Assembly: GCA_040954595.2 (NCBI GenBank)
Contig: CM082581.2
Location: 7,122,699 to 7,186,698 of the forward strand
Direction: 5' to 3'
From: Balanoglossus misakiensis
Taxonomy: Eukaryota; Animalia; Hemichordata
Length of the DNA stretch: 64,000 nt
Every line of letters starts with the position of its first letter. Within the stretch, counting starts at the first letter, position 1. Shown one piece after another: positions 11,320 through 25,693 of the stretch. The notes beneath the pieces are model-generated. The model did no database searches. It had not been told where the DNA came from and worked only from the letters and a program-made list of their open reading frames with translations. Both the position numbers and the translations under genes were made by a program.

Positions 11320-14300
11320 ATCATAATTCTTTCCACTTCTGTCACTTCCTTGTGTGCTATGATCTAATGGCGGCCCCGTTCCTATTCACTTTCACTACAT
11401 ACATTTTCACTACACTCATATACTTTCACTACTACGTGTATTTGATTGTATGCGAAGGGCCTGGTGATACTTATCCTGTAAAATGGTGAAGTATCCAACT
11501 TGGGTCATGTAAAACACATACACAACGACTGGTATAAAACATGACCCCGATTATAAATTCAGTACACGCTGCTTTCCTGTCAGACAATTAACTATTGTGA
11601 AGTGCCCAGCTGTATGTAGCGATTCCCATTGGTGGAGACTGGCCACCACGCGCAATTTGCATAGCCGCTTCACCAGGTGCTTCCCGCATATTTTGTGTGC
11701 TTGGCTTCATTCGAGTCGCCATTTTTGCGGTGAGAGCATGGTTTTCGCTGACGACGTTCATTCCCCTAAAAACCACTAAGGAGCGAAGCGGACAAAAACA
11801 TGAACAGACCGAGAGGATTACTGACTGTGCCAGGAATTTGGAGAACTTCTCGGGGAAAATTTGCAAGACTGTGTAGAAAGAAACTGCCGTCCTTCAGGTT
11901 TTGCCGAAGCCAGCAAAAGGTAATCATACACGCCCTCTATAGTGTTTCTGACAACGTGACACGATTGCAGTTTGATACTCCACAGAACATCATACTTTCA
12001 ACGTGGTGGCACATGTAAAACATTTGAAGAACGCAATTCGCTGGACAATATCCTACTTGTTCTGGGGAATATTAACCTGTAATTGTGTCTCTGTTGTACC
12101 ATAATCTGTTCGTTAGTATATATATATAGCGCCTTTGCATGTGGTAAAATTGACCTACCCCGCGAGAATATATAGGGAATGAACGAGGTTCGTGTTGCAG
12201 GGAGTTTACAATTTGACCCAAACTTTAGGTCACCAGTTTCGATGGCGTTTCTGCTTTCTAGAAACTAGCTAGCTGACACTGTATGAGACCGGGCCCACTT
12301 TTACAGACGAGTGAGTCTCGCTGGTGTCCCATGCAAGTCCTATATCCTCGGTATGCGTGCCGGCCGGGGAGCATGTAAAATTTTTGACAACGTGCATGTG
12401 CCGTACCTGTGAAAATTACAGTTACGACAGTGATTTATTAATATTACCGCGATTTCTCCGAGAGCATTCCGAACAATCTTATGCCTGACCTTTACAAGTT
12501 ATTTGAGAGAACTAGGTCGAAGCGATATAGGTTTTGACAACTCGCAACCATCGTTGGTTATTTATTCACATTTCCTAAGATATTGGCGCAGGAATATGAT
12601 ATTGTTTTCAATTAACCAAACAGCCAGTGATACTCAAATATCGGTCAAAGTACTTGAGATCCAAGCAGTGGTATACATAATTCGAGAGACCTACTTCAGT
12701 AAAAGAGACAGAGCGACCCACTTTCGTAAATGCGCTGTCATCAACGTTGTACGCTCGGTGGATGATAAGATTTCACTGCGCCATCCTTGTTAACAGTACA
12801 AATGATCCCCGAACCAATTTGATTCAGTTATCGTGTTTCACAACTTTAACTTGTGCTGCGAATTGTACGTTCAGTGGTCAAAATAGCGTAGCAGAGAATC
12901 TTGAAATGAGCGTATATCGGTTTGGGAATTTGTATTTGGCGATTGGTTTAGCTTGTGCAGTGTACTTTTTCAGTTTATTGGTCTGGCAATGCCGAAAACG
13001 TTATGTTGTGTAGTCCAAGCTTGGCATGTATAGTTGTAAACAAAGCGGACTTGGCGTTGTTAATGTCTCGAGCTGTTGAATGTGACGTGTCGAAAATTAT
13101 CCCAGGTGGCATGGTTCAGTCGAAGAATGTCCTTTGTGACGTAATGTATATTGTCTGGCTGTTTGCCTCTTCCACGAGGTCATATTTATTTGCAATATTT
13201 ACCCTTCTTTCACTGAAAGTACGTATTTGCCAATGCACGACGACTTTCCACGGTTCTCCGTCGTTGCCAACAGTGTTTAACACCCAAAGTTTGTACAAGT
13301 TCTTCTCGTCGCCTGCAGGATCATGGCAGATTGACTATTTTCTCGCGCACACTTTTTTGTTCTCTCTGCGCACCTTGGCTCAAGCATTATCACCCGTGGT
13401 GATATCCGCACGAAAAGTTGACGTCAGCATAAATCACAGATGGCGCTTGTCACCAAAAAATTTGCTTTCGGCCAAAAAGCTGTAATAGTTCGACATACTG
13501 AAATATTGCGATCGATCTTAGGATCACAGGTCGTTCGGATTTAATTAACCAGGGTGGGTCCGGAGCACTTTTCAGAATCTTGGGCCACGAGAGCAACACA
13601 AATAAACATGTCGAAATTGAAAAGCCGCGAATTATACAAAAAAGCAATATCAACAATTAGTATGCCTGGATGGCTGTTACCCGAGACTGCCTTGCGTGGC
13701 AATAAATTAAAAACACCCAGCGTCAAGAAAACCGAAATTGTGGGACCACCTGTCCGTTTCAGAGCCCAGGTGCCATGGCAACGTCAGGTGGCACAATAAT
13801 GCTGCCATCGGAGATTCGATCAGGTATGTCGCCGCCTGTGTTTGAGTGTGTTTGGCATCTCCAAGCACACCTGTCGATTAATTTCCAAATGAAATGAAAC
13901 CAGAGAAAGGAAACCGCGGTATTCTGTTTTCATAGTCGTCTGTTTGGCTTACACACACAAATGTCCGGCATTGTGCGTTAATTAATAAGTGCTATATGAA
14001 CTCATAAACACGAGATTACCAATATGTTTCAGCCATTGAGTCGCGGAAAGGCCGCATTAAATTCGCGAATTAATATCAAGAACGTGTCTGAACAGGTCAG
14101 TCCGTTCAGATCACCGCCGGAGCGATCGCTGGTCCGGTTTGTTTAAGTGTTGTCAGGGTGGGGGGGGGGGGTAACCCTGGCAACCCAGCATGTTGACTCC
14201 TTGATTACCAGATTCTGATTCTAGCGTGCAGTATCTCGAAGTCCAGGACTTGCACAGATCTCCTTGGCTGTGACCAAGAAACGTCCATCTTTGTTGATGA

Positions 14301-15334
14301 AAACCCAATCTCACAAAATGCCACTTATCTTAATTACTACTTATCTGTACAGCTTGCCTATTATGTCTTGTATGCTGTTTTACGGTTGTTTTTACTTTTC
14401 GTTAAACACAAGCACAGGAGATCAGTCTCTTTGTCTGTGTTGAAAGCTGGTCCACTTTTCGTTTTCGCCTAGCGCGGAAGTTGTACTTCCACGTACAAAC
14501 TTCTAGTACTACGATTCATGCCCCTCAAAATCTGCGATTCGTCGCAAACATGACGTCGCTATGGTTACTCCAACTCTGCTGTTGAGATTCCAGTAAACTG
14601 AGATTGGAGTGTCATGATTGCAGTGTCATGATTAAATTACGCGAAACATATATCAACGTTCCGATGGTATGGTCAAAATGCCGGTGCGATAACCTCAACT
14701 TAACGTTGTCAGGTTTATGGGCGGCAGTCACGGTGAAGAGTGGGTCAGTCAACAGGGCTGATGTTATTGTATCTTTGCGCAGAAATCGATTTCCCGTTGA
14801 ACCCTTGTCAATGGTCAGATCCAAACAACACACAACATGAATCTAAGGATGGAATGCCGCGTAAATACAAAGTGTTTGAACTGTCGTTGGTATTGGCTCT
14901 GGCTAAAAAAAACCGCGTGTACCTCGACTGTCCCGTTGACTGTCGAAATTGTACAGGAAAACCACATATAAAACAACAATCGTTTAGAACAATAGCAACG
15001 ACGTCACGCAAACGTGTAGCGTTAATTAGATTCATTATCATATAACGGTGAATCGCTACCGTATGTCGAGGGGCAGTAGACACCGAAACAAAACAGACTC
15101 TTGTTTATTTTCATGTCAGCACGGATACAGTGCGGTTTTTAGTAGAGAACTAATGAAATATTACAATTGCACAGCAAGTCTCAGGGTCCACTGAATTAAA
15201 AAAAAATCGTCTGGTCACCAAAATATAACAAGCTACTAGTACTTTAAGTACTTGTTTCGCTATAAATATACATAAGAACTGCGTGTGTCGTGAGACGATG
15301 CTAAAGATAAGAGTTTTGTTATCGGCATGATGAT

Positions 15335-15391
15335 GTCACGTGACTTTTAAATTAATGGCAAGGTCAGTCGCACCTTTCCTTGTTGACGTCA
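15335..15391. promoter_or_regulatory. E-box/CLEAR palindrome plus CRE
   Basis: GTCACGTGAC 15335-15344 and TGACGTCA 15384-15391. Confidence 0.3.
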
Positions 15392-17331
15392 CGCGTCCGG
15401 CTATTTCGCACGGTCAACAAACTGTAAAGGACATATTCGCAGAAAATTAGAGTAATGTATTCAGAAATAGTGGGACGGAATGACTGACTGACCACTGGCC
15501 TTGTATTGTTTCTGTAAATGTTCAAATTTCACAAGACATGGCTCAATTATTTGTTTTTTGAAAAAAAAAAACATGGTAAAACGTTTAGTGGTTATTGCTG
15601 GAAATGTTGAATTTGCTTAAATCGCTTCTTGTTATTGGCCCAATTTTCATGAATTAATGATTAACGGTGATGAGATGAATCTGTAATGGTTGAGATTTGT
15701 TTAACTGTGGTTTTCGGTGTGTACGGTCATATACTGAGTGTCCCAATATCTACGCCATAAAAGTATGTTGCAACGCTCAACAGGAGAGGAATCGCAGAGA
15801 ATTCCACTGAACTTGAGGAGGCATGCAATCATAAATAGTGAGGTGAAACTTGGGTAACCAAGGGACGGCAGAGTGAGACCATTTATCATTGGAAAACTCG
15901 TTTCAAGTTATGGACTGAAATTGTCGTTAACTTGTTAGCCCCGGCTGGCAAGCCTCCCAAGTTGAGCGTGAAACCTCTCCGTATCCTTGCTTCGTGTCCC
16001 GCCTTGGAAATAAAAATTAGCCCAGTCGGCCTCTGAACATGCACGTCACCATGCAACGAGTACTCTATGTATGTGGTTTCAAGATAAATGCGCGATCTAT
16101 GCAATGCAAACCCTAAATCAAACACGGTCCAGTGTCAATAAATCCGCGGAGAAACAATTGCTCTCAAAAGTTATGGCGCAATAAAAGCTTCACACGTCAC
16201 CATGCAGGGGCAGTGGGAATACGCAAGCGAAGCTCATTAAAAAGACTCTTAAAACGTTTCTACTGGTAAACGTTGGCACTGTTAAAAAATAAATAAAATG
16301 ACAGAATGGATTTTTTGTGATCTCTCACGTTTGGTTTTGGCACGAGCAGAATCAATAATTGCGGACGGATGTTCTCAAAACAATGTAATTAAAATTTAAC
16401 GGTTTTTAGTATGCTTGTGATGCAGCAAAACCTTTCTTTACAGGCGTCTGTCTGCAAGCCTTGTTTTTCGGGGAGGAGTGGACGTAAACTCCCCAAGGCA
16501 TAAAAACAAAAAAAAAATGTCAATGGCAACCGCAAAAAATGCTTAGATGCCTTTACCTCAAAGGCCGAAGACTGGGCTATTTAAACATTTTATAAGGCAT
16601 CTCTTACAATTGTTCACGTTATAAATTTATCATGAGAAAAAAACGACATGAAAAATTAAACGCATTATCTATGCCTGAAAAGATGAGAAATTCTGTTCTC
16701 AAAATTTACCTTCTCTAGAAAATAAAACAAACACCGACTTTTCATTTTACGAAGGAAAGTACTGGGGTGTGTCGGCTCAACGAAATGCCGAGCCTCGTTT
16801 CCGATTGCACTCGCAGCTGGGGTCGTGTAGCCAACGTCAAACCGACGCGAGAAAACTTACGATATATTGTTGTCATGGTAACGAAGACTTACGATGCGAG
16901 TTCCGCATCGATGGTCGTCGCCAGTTTTCCACGACAAAATGACGGTTCATTGTACTTTTTCTGGCAATAATCGTGTAATTTCGCAAACGCGTTTCCGCGA
17001 AGACCATCTTTCGGAGTGTCAAGGTCTATCCAGTACAGAGTGACTTTTCCCTTGAAGTTTACATGTATGTCCAGACGCTGAAACTGTCCACGTCGACACA
17101 CAGAACACGTAGCCACTCAAAAGTTCACGACCTGCGAGCTCTTTGAAATCCCAGTAAAATTTCATCGAGCCTCTGTCACAGGGGACCATCAGTTTACCTT
17201 GACATGTGCACGTGGCCTTCGCTGATTGAAATAGGGTCGAAATGACAAGTGTCAGAGCGTTGTTGTACTTTGTCTGGCCCTTTCCAACTGGTCGACGTGG
17301 TCGCACGCCTGACACGTTTTTCTCGGCCTAA

Positions 17332-18201
17332 CTATTCATACATCCAAGACTCGTCTTCCTCTTCGCGTTTCTTCTTCTCTGCCTCGTCTTCCTTGTTCAG
17401 CCATGTCCACACCATGTCCAGCTTGTCGTCTGTCATGAATGTCTTTTCCTGCCGAAGCGAGCTCGTCCTCCTCGCGCTGTCGCCGGCAGACTTGATCTGT
17501 CGGACGCGTTCCACCACCTTCATCTGCTCCTCGCTCTCCACCGGTTCGCTGTAAGGTTCGCACCTGCCGAAACTGTCCAACAGCTCCTTGACTTCGGGCT
17601 GGATTTGCAGGCAGCTTCTTCGCAGTCGCACGTTCTTGCCTCGCGTGCGCGTGCCCAATTTGGTCCCGCTTGCGGCGAGGGGAACGCTGGCGCGCCCGTT
17701 CGCCTGGCTGGCAAGCGCCGTCTTGTGTTGACCCTGGCTGAGTTCGGGGAGACTGGTGCTGCTGCTTGACTTGGTCGGTTTCTTGGCCGTCGCTTTCGCC
17801 TTCTTTTTGCCAGCGTGGGTTTTCTTAAACAGAGCCGATAAGTCAGAATTGTAAATGTTCTGTATGGACACCTTGCCCTCGTTCGACGGCAGCGTGTACG
17901 TGATCCCCCGGCTTATGGTTGCCCGTCCAATGGCCCCCCTCAGGCCGTCCAGTGGAGGCAGTGGCTCCGGTGGCTTTTCGTCCTCATCTTCCTCCACCAC
18001 TCTCTCGAGGAAGCAAAACGTGTCCTTCTTGTATCCCGTCGGGATTTTGAGCTTCTTCTGCTTCGGTCGTTCCTTCGACAGGTCGGACGGGTCGAAGAGC
18101 GATAGCTTCGGCGCGTACTGCATCGGCCACAAGAGAGACGAATTGGTGGTTTCCACTCTCGGCTGGCTGGGCACACCACTACTGTACACGTCGGCTGACA
18201 T
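17332..18201 (-). CDS. Gene C: 289-aa basic/disordered protein with C-terminal FMTDDKLDMVWTWL helix
   Basis: GC-rich single-exon ORF; first ATG at 18201 (the track starts at upstream TTG 18213). Shares the C-terminal motif with its neighbours. X-box about 250 bp upstream. Confidence 0.82.
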   Translation of the reverse strand: MSADVYSSGVPSQPRVETTNSSLLWPMQYAPKLSLFDPSDLSKERPKQKKLKIPTGYKKDTFCFLERVVEEDEDEKPPEPLPPLDGLRGAIGRATISRGITYTLPSNEGKVSIQNIYNSDLSALFKKTHAGKKKAKATAKKPTKSSSSTSLPELSQGQHKTALASQANGRASVPLAASGTKLGTRTRGKNVRLRRSCLQIQPEVKELLDSFGRCEPYSEPVESEEQMKVVERVRQIKSAGDSARRTSSLRQEKTFMTDDKLDMVWTWLNKEDEAEKKKREEEDESWMYE

Positions 18202-18446
18202 GCTACAGTTCAACTGTCCAACTAGATGGAATTCGCCGCGCCAAAACTCGGTCGCTCAGTATACTTCTCGTCCGATTTTACAACTAATCTCACTCGCTCG
18301 CTGGGGGTATTTACTCAACAGCGATAATGTAATGTGAGCTTGTAGGCGTTTTTGCGCTGGTTTTTAAAGGGTCCCGTAGTCAAGGCAGCGGAATCTGCCA
18401 CGCTGTCCTAATGGATGGGTCTTACGGTCAAAACCCAAATGCCGCT

Positions 18447-18460
18447 GGTGTCATGGCAAC
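18447..18460. promoter_or_regulatory. RFX X-box upstream of gene C
   Basis: GGTGTCATGGCAAC resembles the GTNRCC-AT-RGYAAC consensus and lies about 250 bp 5' of the ATG. Confidence 0.5.
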
Positions 18461-20040
18461 GACCAAAGACAACACTCTCCCGACGCCAAAGTGGCTTTAC
18501 TAAGGCCTCGCGAACTTGTGGTACAGTCGTGTTTGGGTTTCAAGCCCTGGGAGTCCACCGACTCTATAGGCTGGGTTTTAAGCTCAGAGAGTTCACTGAC
18601 TAGGCTATAGACCCCTTCGCCGCCTCGGGAGGGTATCGTTGTCAACAGTTTGCGTAATCCGATTAAAGGAAGTCGTGTTCGAAGTGTAAGGACACTTTGC
18701 AGGACTTTATCTCGGGATTTGTATACACCCAAGCAAACACTACAGTTTCCCGTTCTCTCAGACACGAATGGAGTCGCGTCGATTGTGTGTCACCGGCTAT
18801 TTCTGGGCATACCACGAGTGTAACAAACTCTTTGATTGGTTACCAATAAACTGGATTGTCGTCAGACACACTTGAGCTCCACAAAGCCTTACTTCACCTC
18901 TTGTTCTTCGAGTCTTGATCCACCTGTCCGCATATCGTTGATTCTCGAAGGGAGTGTCGCGAAGTCTTCGCACAAGCGCTGGGTGAATCCACTTTGTTGT
19001 GAGTCGCCCGTGTGTGTATACGTATATGCAGCGTCCGCTTCGCAACCAAGCAACCGGCTGAACTCTATCGAGACAGGTGTATCGAACGCACCGCCCGCTC
19101 GATATTTCCGGTACCAAAGTCTAAATCCTTCGGTGCGAGTTCGGTGCGCCTGGCCTGACTACAGCAGGTTTAATGACCAAACCGATCTTTTCCGAGCTAA
19201 AGGCTGAAAGACTGTCCGTGAAATTACGTTTGATCGAAACACTGGTATGGAGTTTACTTGTCTTGTTTGTCGTCGAAAAAAAGTAATGAATGACACTCGC
19301 TCCGTCAGCGAATGGCGGAGAGGCGAATTGATCGGAATTGGACAACAGTTAACAGCGCTCCACCTTTATTGTCCAAATATTGATCGGGGTGACCATTTAT
19401 TGTTGAATCGGCAAACAAAACAATTTCTAGCATTCAGGGGTAAAATTTGACCATTTGACCCCTTTCCTTACCCCATGGGCACAGACCAGAATAAAACAGC
19501 GCATTTGAATCCCGATTCGGTTTATGGTGAACTTCTTTTAGCGTCGATAATGCATTGACGTTTTTACGCACGCCTCGGGAACTTCGAATCGTTTGTTTGA
19601 CAGATACACTAATAGAATGGACTGCTCGTACAATGGTAATGCCCGGCAATAGGCGATGGGGGCAGCCCGAGTACAATAGTTAGAGTGTTTGCAATGAACA
19701 CGACGTGACAATCAAAACACAGCGAGCAAAGCACTGGCTCGGAACAGGTGCCAGGGCGCGTGAGTCAATGTTCGAGTCTCGTAGAATAGGTGAGGAAGCT
19801 GCTTCTACGTGAGATTGTGTGCGTGCGGCCGTGTGTGAAATTAGAACTAGGGGAATAAGTCCCGTCCGTTTTCTCCTCAAAACAGTAAAAATGACGGCCT
19901 ATATTTACAAAACGATGTACAGGTATGCTGACCTTTAACAAACGTAATCTTGCGATATGTGTTACTTAAACTTTATTTGGTTATCACCATATCAATCGAT
20001 TACAATCGATTACATGTCAAGTTGATTAAATTAATTTAAG

Positions 20041-20097
20041 TGTTTTGTTTTGTTTTGTTTTGTTTTGTTTTGTTTTGTTTTGTTTTGTTTTGTTTTT
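20041..20097. repeat. (GTTTT)n pentanucleotide microsatellite
   Basis: About 11 tandem copies. Confidence 0.95.
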
Positions 20098-20206
20098 CGT
20101 ATACTTGACGAGGAAACATTGTAAAGATCTTCAAGCAATACATTATCGCCAAAAACTTTTTTCAGCAACAATACAATTCGATGCAAGTTATGAGAATATC
20201 TCAAAA

Positions 20207-20227
20207 AACAACAACAACAACAACAAA
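20207..20227. repeat. (AAC)n microsatellite
   Basis: Direct reading of the sequence. Confidence 0.85.
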
Positions 20228-23200
20228 GCAACTGCGTACTGATATTGCTGGATGAATCGACGCCGCTGCTTTCTGGAATGGAACAGAAATGCAGAAGTTA
20301 AGTGCGGTCTAAAACCATTTGAAAATTTCCCTGCACTTGACGATGGCCAACTACAAGATAGGGTAGTGTAAATTGTGTTTGACCAAGGTTTAACTTTTGA
20401 CCTGAGCACTTCAACAGCGGTTGTCAGATTGGGGCCGAGTTCACGTTAGGCAGACAAAGTACTGTGCTATCAGTTGGCCGTCGAGCGTTGATGTGAATCG
20501 AGATCTCGACCGGCTTTAGGGCGGAATGCCACTCGTGAATGCTCCGGTGAAAATATTTGGAAGTCTAAGAAATGTGACACTTGGGGAAATTGACACGGGC
20601 TTGAAATTGACAGCAGCGGGGCAGAAAGGTCGCTGGAAGGATCAACGCTTGTCATGTGACTGAACCGTGGAGGGCCGAGGGGCAAACATCATAAATGGCC
20701 GATTCTTGGCGAGCTCCGGCTGATTACTCACCATGGTAACCAGATCGGCCTTATTGTCGCGTTAGTTTTGTGGCTATATTTAACGCCGGGAGAAGGCGTT
20801 GTTGGAACATGCCTTTCCCCGGGTCTCGACCCTGGAAAATATCCCCCGCACTGCAGTGATATTCTAGAATATCGTTTATAAGTTATTCCTGTTTCAAATT
20901 CCACCGTGACGATGCCATCACCCAACAGAGTGGTGAATAGTTTTCTTAAGAGCTTGAGCATTGTAAAGGCGCAAGACAAGAACGTTGTTGACATGTACGT
21001 TACAAGAAGGACATAACACCGGAATAGAAGGGGTTAATCAGGATGACTATTTCGAGGAATTAATCCTGGTTCCCCAGCAGTGTTTATCAGAAAGTTCTCC
21101 GGCACCACAGGTTTAATACCTGCCCCTCAAAGCACGCAACGTCATGGTATCCGCATATAGAGGTGGTTGATTGTACATTGTAAGAATAGAAGCATTTTCT
21201 GCTGACGTCCCTGTAATGTCCCTGTTTTATAACAAGTATGTGTTATTTTAGAAGCAAATATGAATAAGGAGAGGGCAGCCACGTACGCACATTTGATTAG
21301 CAAGGGTTTTTGCCTCGGGCGATACTTTTGTTGGGGTGCGTTGCCGTGTCGTGCTTTAAATTATCATGAGATAGTTTTCTGATGTGGAATCCAGGAGGCG
21401 GGTTATGTTGGTGTTGACTTTCCCTGTTGTTATTGAATTTAATGGAATGTCCTTTGATGACACCCTTCTAGGATTTTACGTGTTCAAGTTCAACCAGGAC
21501 AGTGTATCTGTCGTTCCTAACGCATGTATCCAGCGTATAGCGTCTTCTTATATGATAACCCTCAGCAGGACCATAAGAATGGATGAACACATTGGTTAGA
21601 TAGAATTTAGGTCAGTAAGATAAAACGTAGATTTAGAGGTTCAGTCACGTGCGGGCGCCCCGGCATTCAGTTCCGCGACCTGAATTTTTTTCAGTCTGGC
21701 TCACATCGCTAACCTCGGATTCTCACCGAATCAATAATTTGTCTGCATTTAAGATTAACGAAATTTACCCGGCCGAAAAATAAACGACTAGTAATCTGGA
21801 CGTTACGCATTCCTTAATTTAGGGACTAATCGTTCACAGTTATGGCGATTACAGTAATTACGCAGTTTAATTGTCCACGAAAGGTTGGAACGGAGAGAAC
21901 GAGAGAGACAGAGGTTCTGGCCGTGACAGTGCATAATGGCGTCAGATAAAACGATGCTCCAACGCCTCAGGGAATCTGTCTATATTAGCATTGACGTAAA
22001 TCCAACAAGGTCCCCTCTCCGAATGTGCGTCATGTGAAATAATTCTCCGCTGGATTCGCTTGAAATATCGCAGAGTGATTCCAGTGATTATCTCACAGAA
22101 GAGTAATATCATCGTCACCACAGTCCCTCGAGACATCTTGGATGTCAACAACAAGGTCAACTACGCCCACACGTGACGTTTAACTCATGTGAACTAGACT
22201 CGGAATGTCTGAATGTTGTATGACTTCCATTTCAACTCGTGGCGTGCGCCCTCTTACAACCGTTATTTCAGAAATCGTAAAGAGTGGCCAGGTGTTCGCA
22301 TTAATGACGGATATCTGGCGTATTTCTTCCCTACTGGGGCGACTGCTGTGTGTCTCTATGTGGAAAATCATGACAGCACATCTCAAAGTTTGTCTCGCAG
22401 GTTTTAGAGTTTGTTGTTCCACTAATTTGCAGTTTTGGTGTCCTCGAACGTCGCAATAACAACTGCACCGCGCGACTAATTGTCGCTGTCCGTCTGTGCT
22501 GGATGTAAACGCCGGCATGACAAGCCCGCCAGTAAACTTTGACCTAGTCACATTTTGGGGAGCAAGGACGATTCGCAAATTGGTTCGACAAACCTGCGTT
22601 TTTTGGCAAGTTGCCACGTTAGTAGTTTAATTAGCAGATTTGGGTTTTATAACGATTATACTAACGCCCCGCCCTTTGCGGTTGAAGCCACGGTTCCAAC
22701 GCAAACAACCACAGCCATAATTTGTCTGAGGTACAAAGCACACTGAGACAGAGAACGTCGACCGGAGAGCTTTCCGTCACGTTTCATTCTCTTTTTTTTT
22801 CAAAATTTTCAGGGCCAAGGTATTCACAAATTTCGAACAAACAAGATGAGTGCCCCTTCCGCGCCGGACAATACCTCCCCTCCCACTCTGAATTGTCCAA
22901 TACACAACAGTCCCCGGATCAGGGTGACTGTACACTGTGCCCGGATGAAATGAATAGTGACCAAAAGAGGGACCAATGCAATGCAAGTCCCGATAGTTTA
23001 TTTCTCACGATGAATATTTTTATATCAAAGTAAACATGAACAAATACAGTTAGACCATGAGTGAAGGTAATTTACGCTACGAGTGACGAGTATTACATAA
23101 ATATTGACCAGACGACAATAAGTGACAGAAGCCGACACTGGAAAGCTTTTTGTTCCTTTGTTTGCGCGTTGTTACTTGTCTCGTAGTGGTACACGTGCGT

Positions 23201-25604
23201 CATCACAGGATAATGCACCAACTAGCACGAACAGGGAATAATATGATGTACAACACACACACAATTGCAAGGTGCTTATTATTTTACGATAGAACATTTG
23301 TGATCTTCACGAGATTGTCAACACCGTGGTTCTGTTAAGTGTGCCGGTGTTTACGCTGTTATCGAAGTTTACTTTAAAGGAGTGTTCAAACTGGTTTTCC
23401 AGTCTCGTCCCGTCTTTTATAGCGGAGTTGAACAGAATATGAAATCTGCGGACTTGATGCTGTGAGGGTCGGGTTATCAGTGAGACAGCTACTTGTACGA
23501 AAAGCGACAAGATTCGCCGCCGCGCGCAAACGCAACAGCCTTGTAACCGAAGATGTCGGCGGTGTCTTTGCTCCACACTTCAATGCTGGTGTCGGTTCCT
23601 TGATGGTATCTTGTCACAGAATTTGAGAGCGTGCACACGTGTTCATTTTTTATCGTGGAACAGCCGACAATTGTCACTTCTGATCTCCCTGGCGCGGTGA
23701 ACGAAATCCAAAATCCAAAGAATGCCGATGGCTTCAAGAATCACTTCAGTCTTATCATAATTGTCTTAGAGTAATAATTTATCAATGATGTTTATTTTTG
23801 TGATAATTTACTTCAAGGGGAGTAGACGTGATCTCTGTGAATATTACTGTTCTGTGTATCATCTGCTGGCCTAACATATCCGTTTGGCAAATTATATTTC
23901 ACGCTAGAGTAAAACAACATTTTTTGTGCAATTAGGCGCGGAGTGACGTCAGTTTTATGTGTCTTGATGTTGGCCAAGGGTAGATTTCTTCCAAAAATCC
24001 TTTCCGCTCAATCCATGGTTTTACTCAGATATGATACTGACAAAATCGTGAAAAAATTATAAACACCAATCTGCCGTAAAACAGACAGTCAAGAGGCGAG
24101 CACCTATGTGTTTCTGAAAACGTCACCAGCTAATGAATATTCTAGTTTCCCTCAGTCGCAGTGAGTCATTGCTCTACAGTTCTAGCTGTTTTTGACATCT
24201 GAAGGGCCGGTTTCCATGGGGACCAAACCCTAGACATGGTCAATCATGCGGAGCCTGTGTAATTTTTAATGCAGAAATAATTTGATAATGGCGGGAATAC
24301 ATGGGGAGTACATTTACACATTAAACACTCCATTCTGCACATGTGATTGCGAAATAGCATTTTATTCAAGTGTGACGTCCGTAATTTTTACAGCGTGTAT
24401 CCAGTTACATTCATCCAATTATCTAGGGTTTATTGTGAATGACGTATGTCGATGGACTCAGAAATACCTGTTGTCCTTGGTTTATAGGTATGATTTCTAA
24501 GACCACTTTTCATACGAAGTCGTCTGAGAGAGTAATACTTGGAAGATAGAGAGAGTTGGCGTTGTCATGACGTTCATTTTGAATTTGGATATATGGATGA
24601 TAATGTCACCGACACGAAAAAAATTACCGTCGATTTTATCTGAAAAAAGAGCCAATGAATTGAGTTCCTTGTTCTTACTTGGTGTGCGTGGGGAATTCTT
24701 CTGTGGTGTGATATTCTCACAAGTCATATTATCGATGTTGACACCCCATTTCTAATCCAACACCAAAGTATATCACGGGCACGCGCATGCCCATAGAGAC
24801 GAAGACTCCACGCCGATGGCGCTCGCGGCGCGTATCTGTTGCGTCACACGCGTTCATTTGTCGCGGACGGAAGAGAGCGTTTCACGGCTCACGATTTTTC
24901 TCCGCCAGGGACATCTTTAAATTGGTTATTGGTGCAATGACTAGCATGTCATTTACGCTATGACGTATTGTATCACGTTTTTCTAAGAAATCATGCACTG
25001 CATACGTAATTACGCACCTGAGCTGCTTTCGAAGTTAATTTTGAACCGTCATGTTGGGCTTGTGATTATCGCTGACTACAAAATGGCGGGCGTTGACACA
25101 AGTTTTAGGAATATGAAATGTTGAATGGCGTGATACCCCCCCCAATCCTATTATTTTTTTCTGAGAATTTGTCAGTGACAGAGATTTATTTAAAGTCCAT
25201 CCTTTTATAACACGAAAGTTTTATCGACAAAAAATTCAACCAAAAATAGAGAAAGTCGAGAACATTGCCTGCTTAGTATTTGTGTACATCGCCCGACGGT
25301 TGAACAAAACATGTCACGTCGATACTCAAGGAGAAAATTCTAAAAGAAAAACCAAACATTACATCTTAACAGAATTACCATTATTACTTCTATGGAGAAT
25401 TGACCTCACCGACGCACGGATGCACTCTCTATAAATGAAAATGCATATTTTATTGTTCGTGTAATCCATATGACAAACGCACGCGTGGAATATACGAGTA
25501 GAGAAGCCACGGGGGCTGATGTGTTACATTATATCTCGACAAACATAAGGATTCCGCACACTTCTCCGAGATATCAGCTTCTGCTATCTTTCACATTTGC
25601 CTCG

Positions 25605-25693
25605 GTTTCCATGGAGACTCCTACTATCAATAAGCTATAGACGTAAAATGGCATATATATTGGGTCTTGCGTTTGACGCGGTGCCATGGCAAC
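25605..25693. promoter_or_regulatory. Paired RFX X-boxes (candidate enhancer)
   Basis: GTTTCCATGGAGAC 25605-25618 and GGTGCCATGGCAAC 25680-25693. Confidence 0.45.

Noticed and set aside
12955-13485. 176-aa ORF
   Set aside because: Non-ATG start, AT-rich, no codon bias or recognisable domain.
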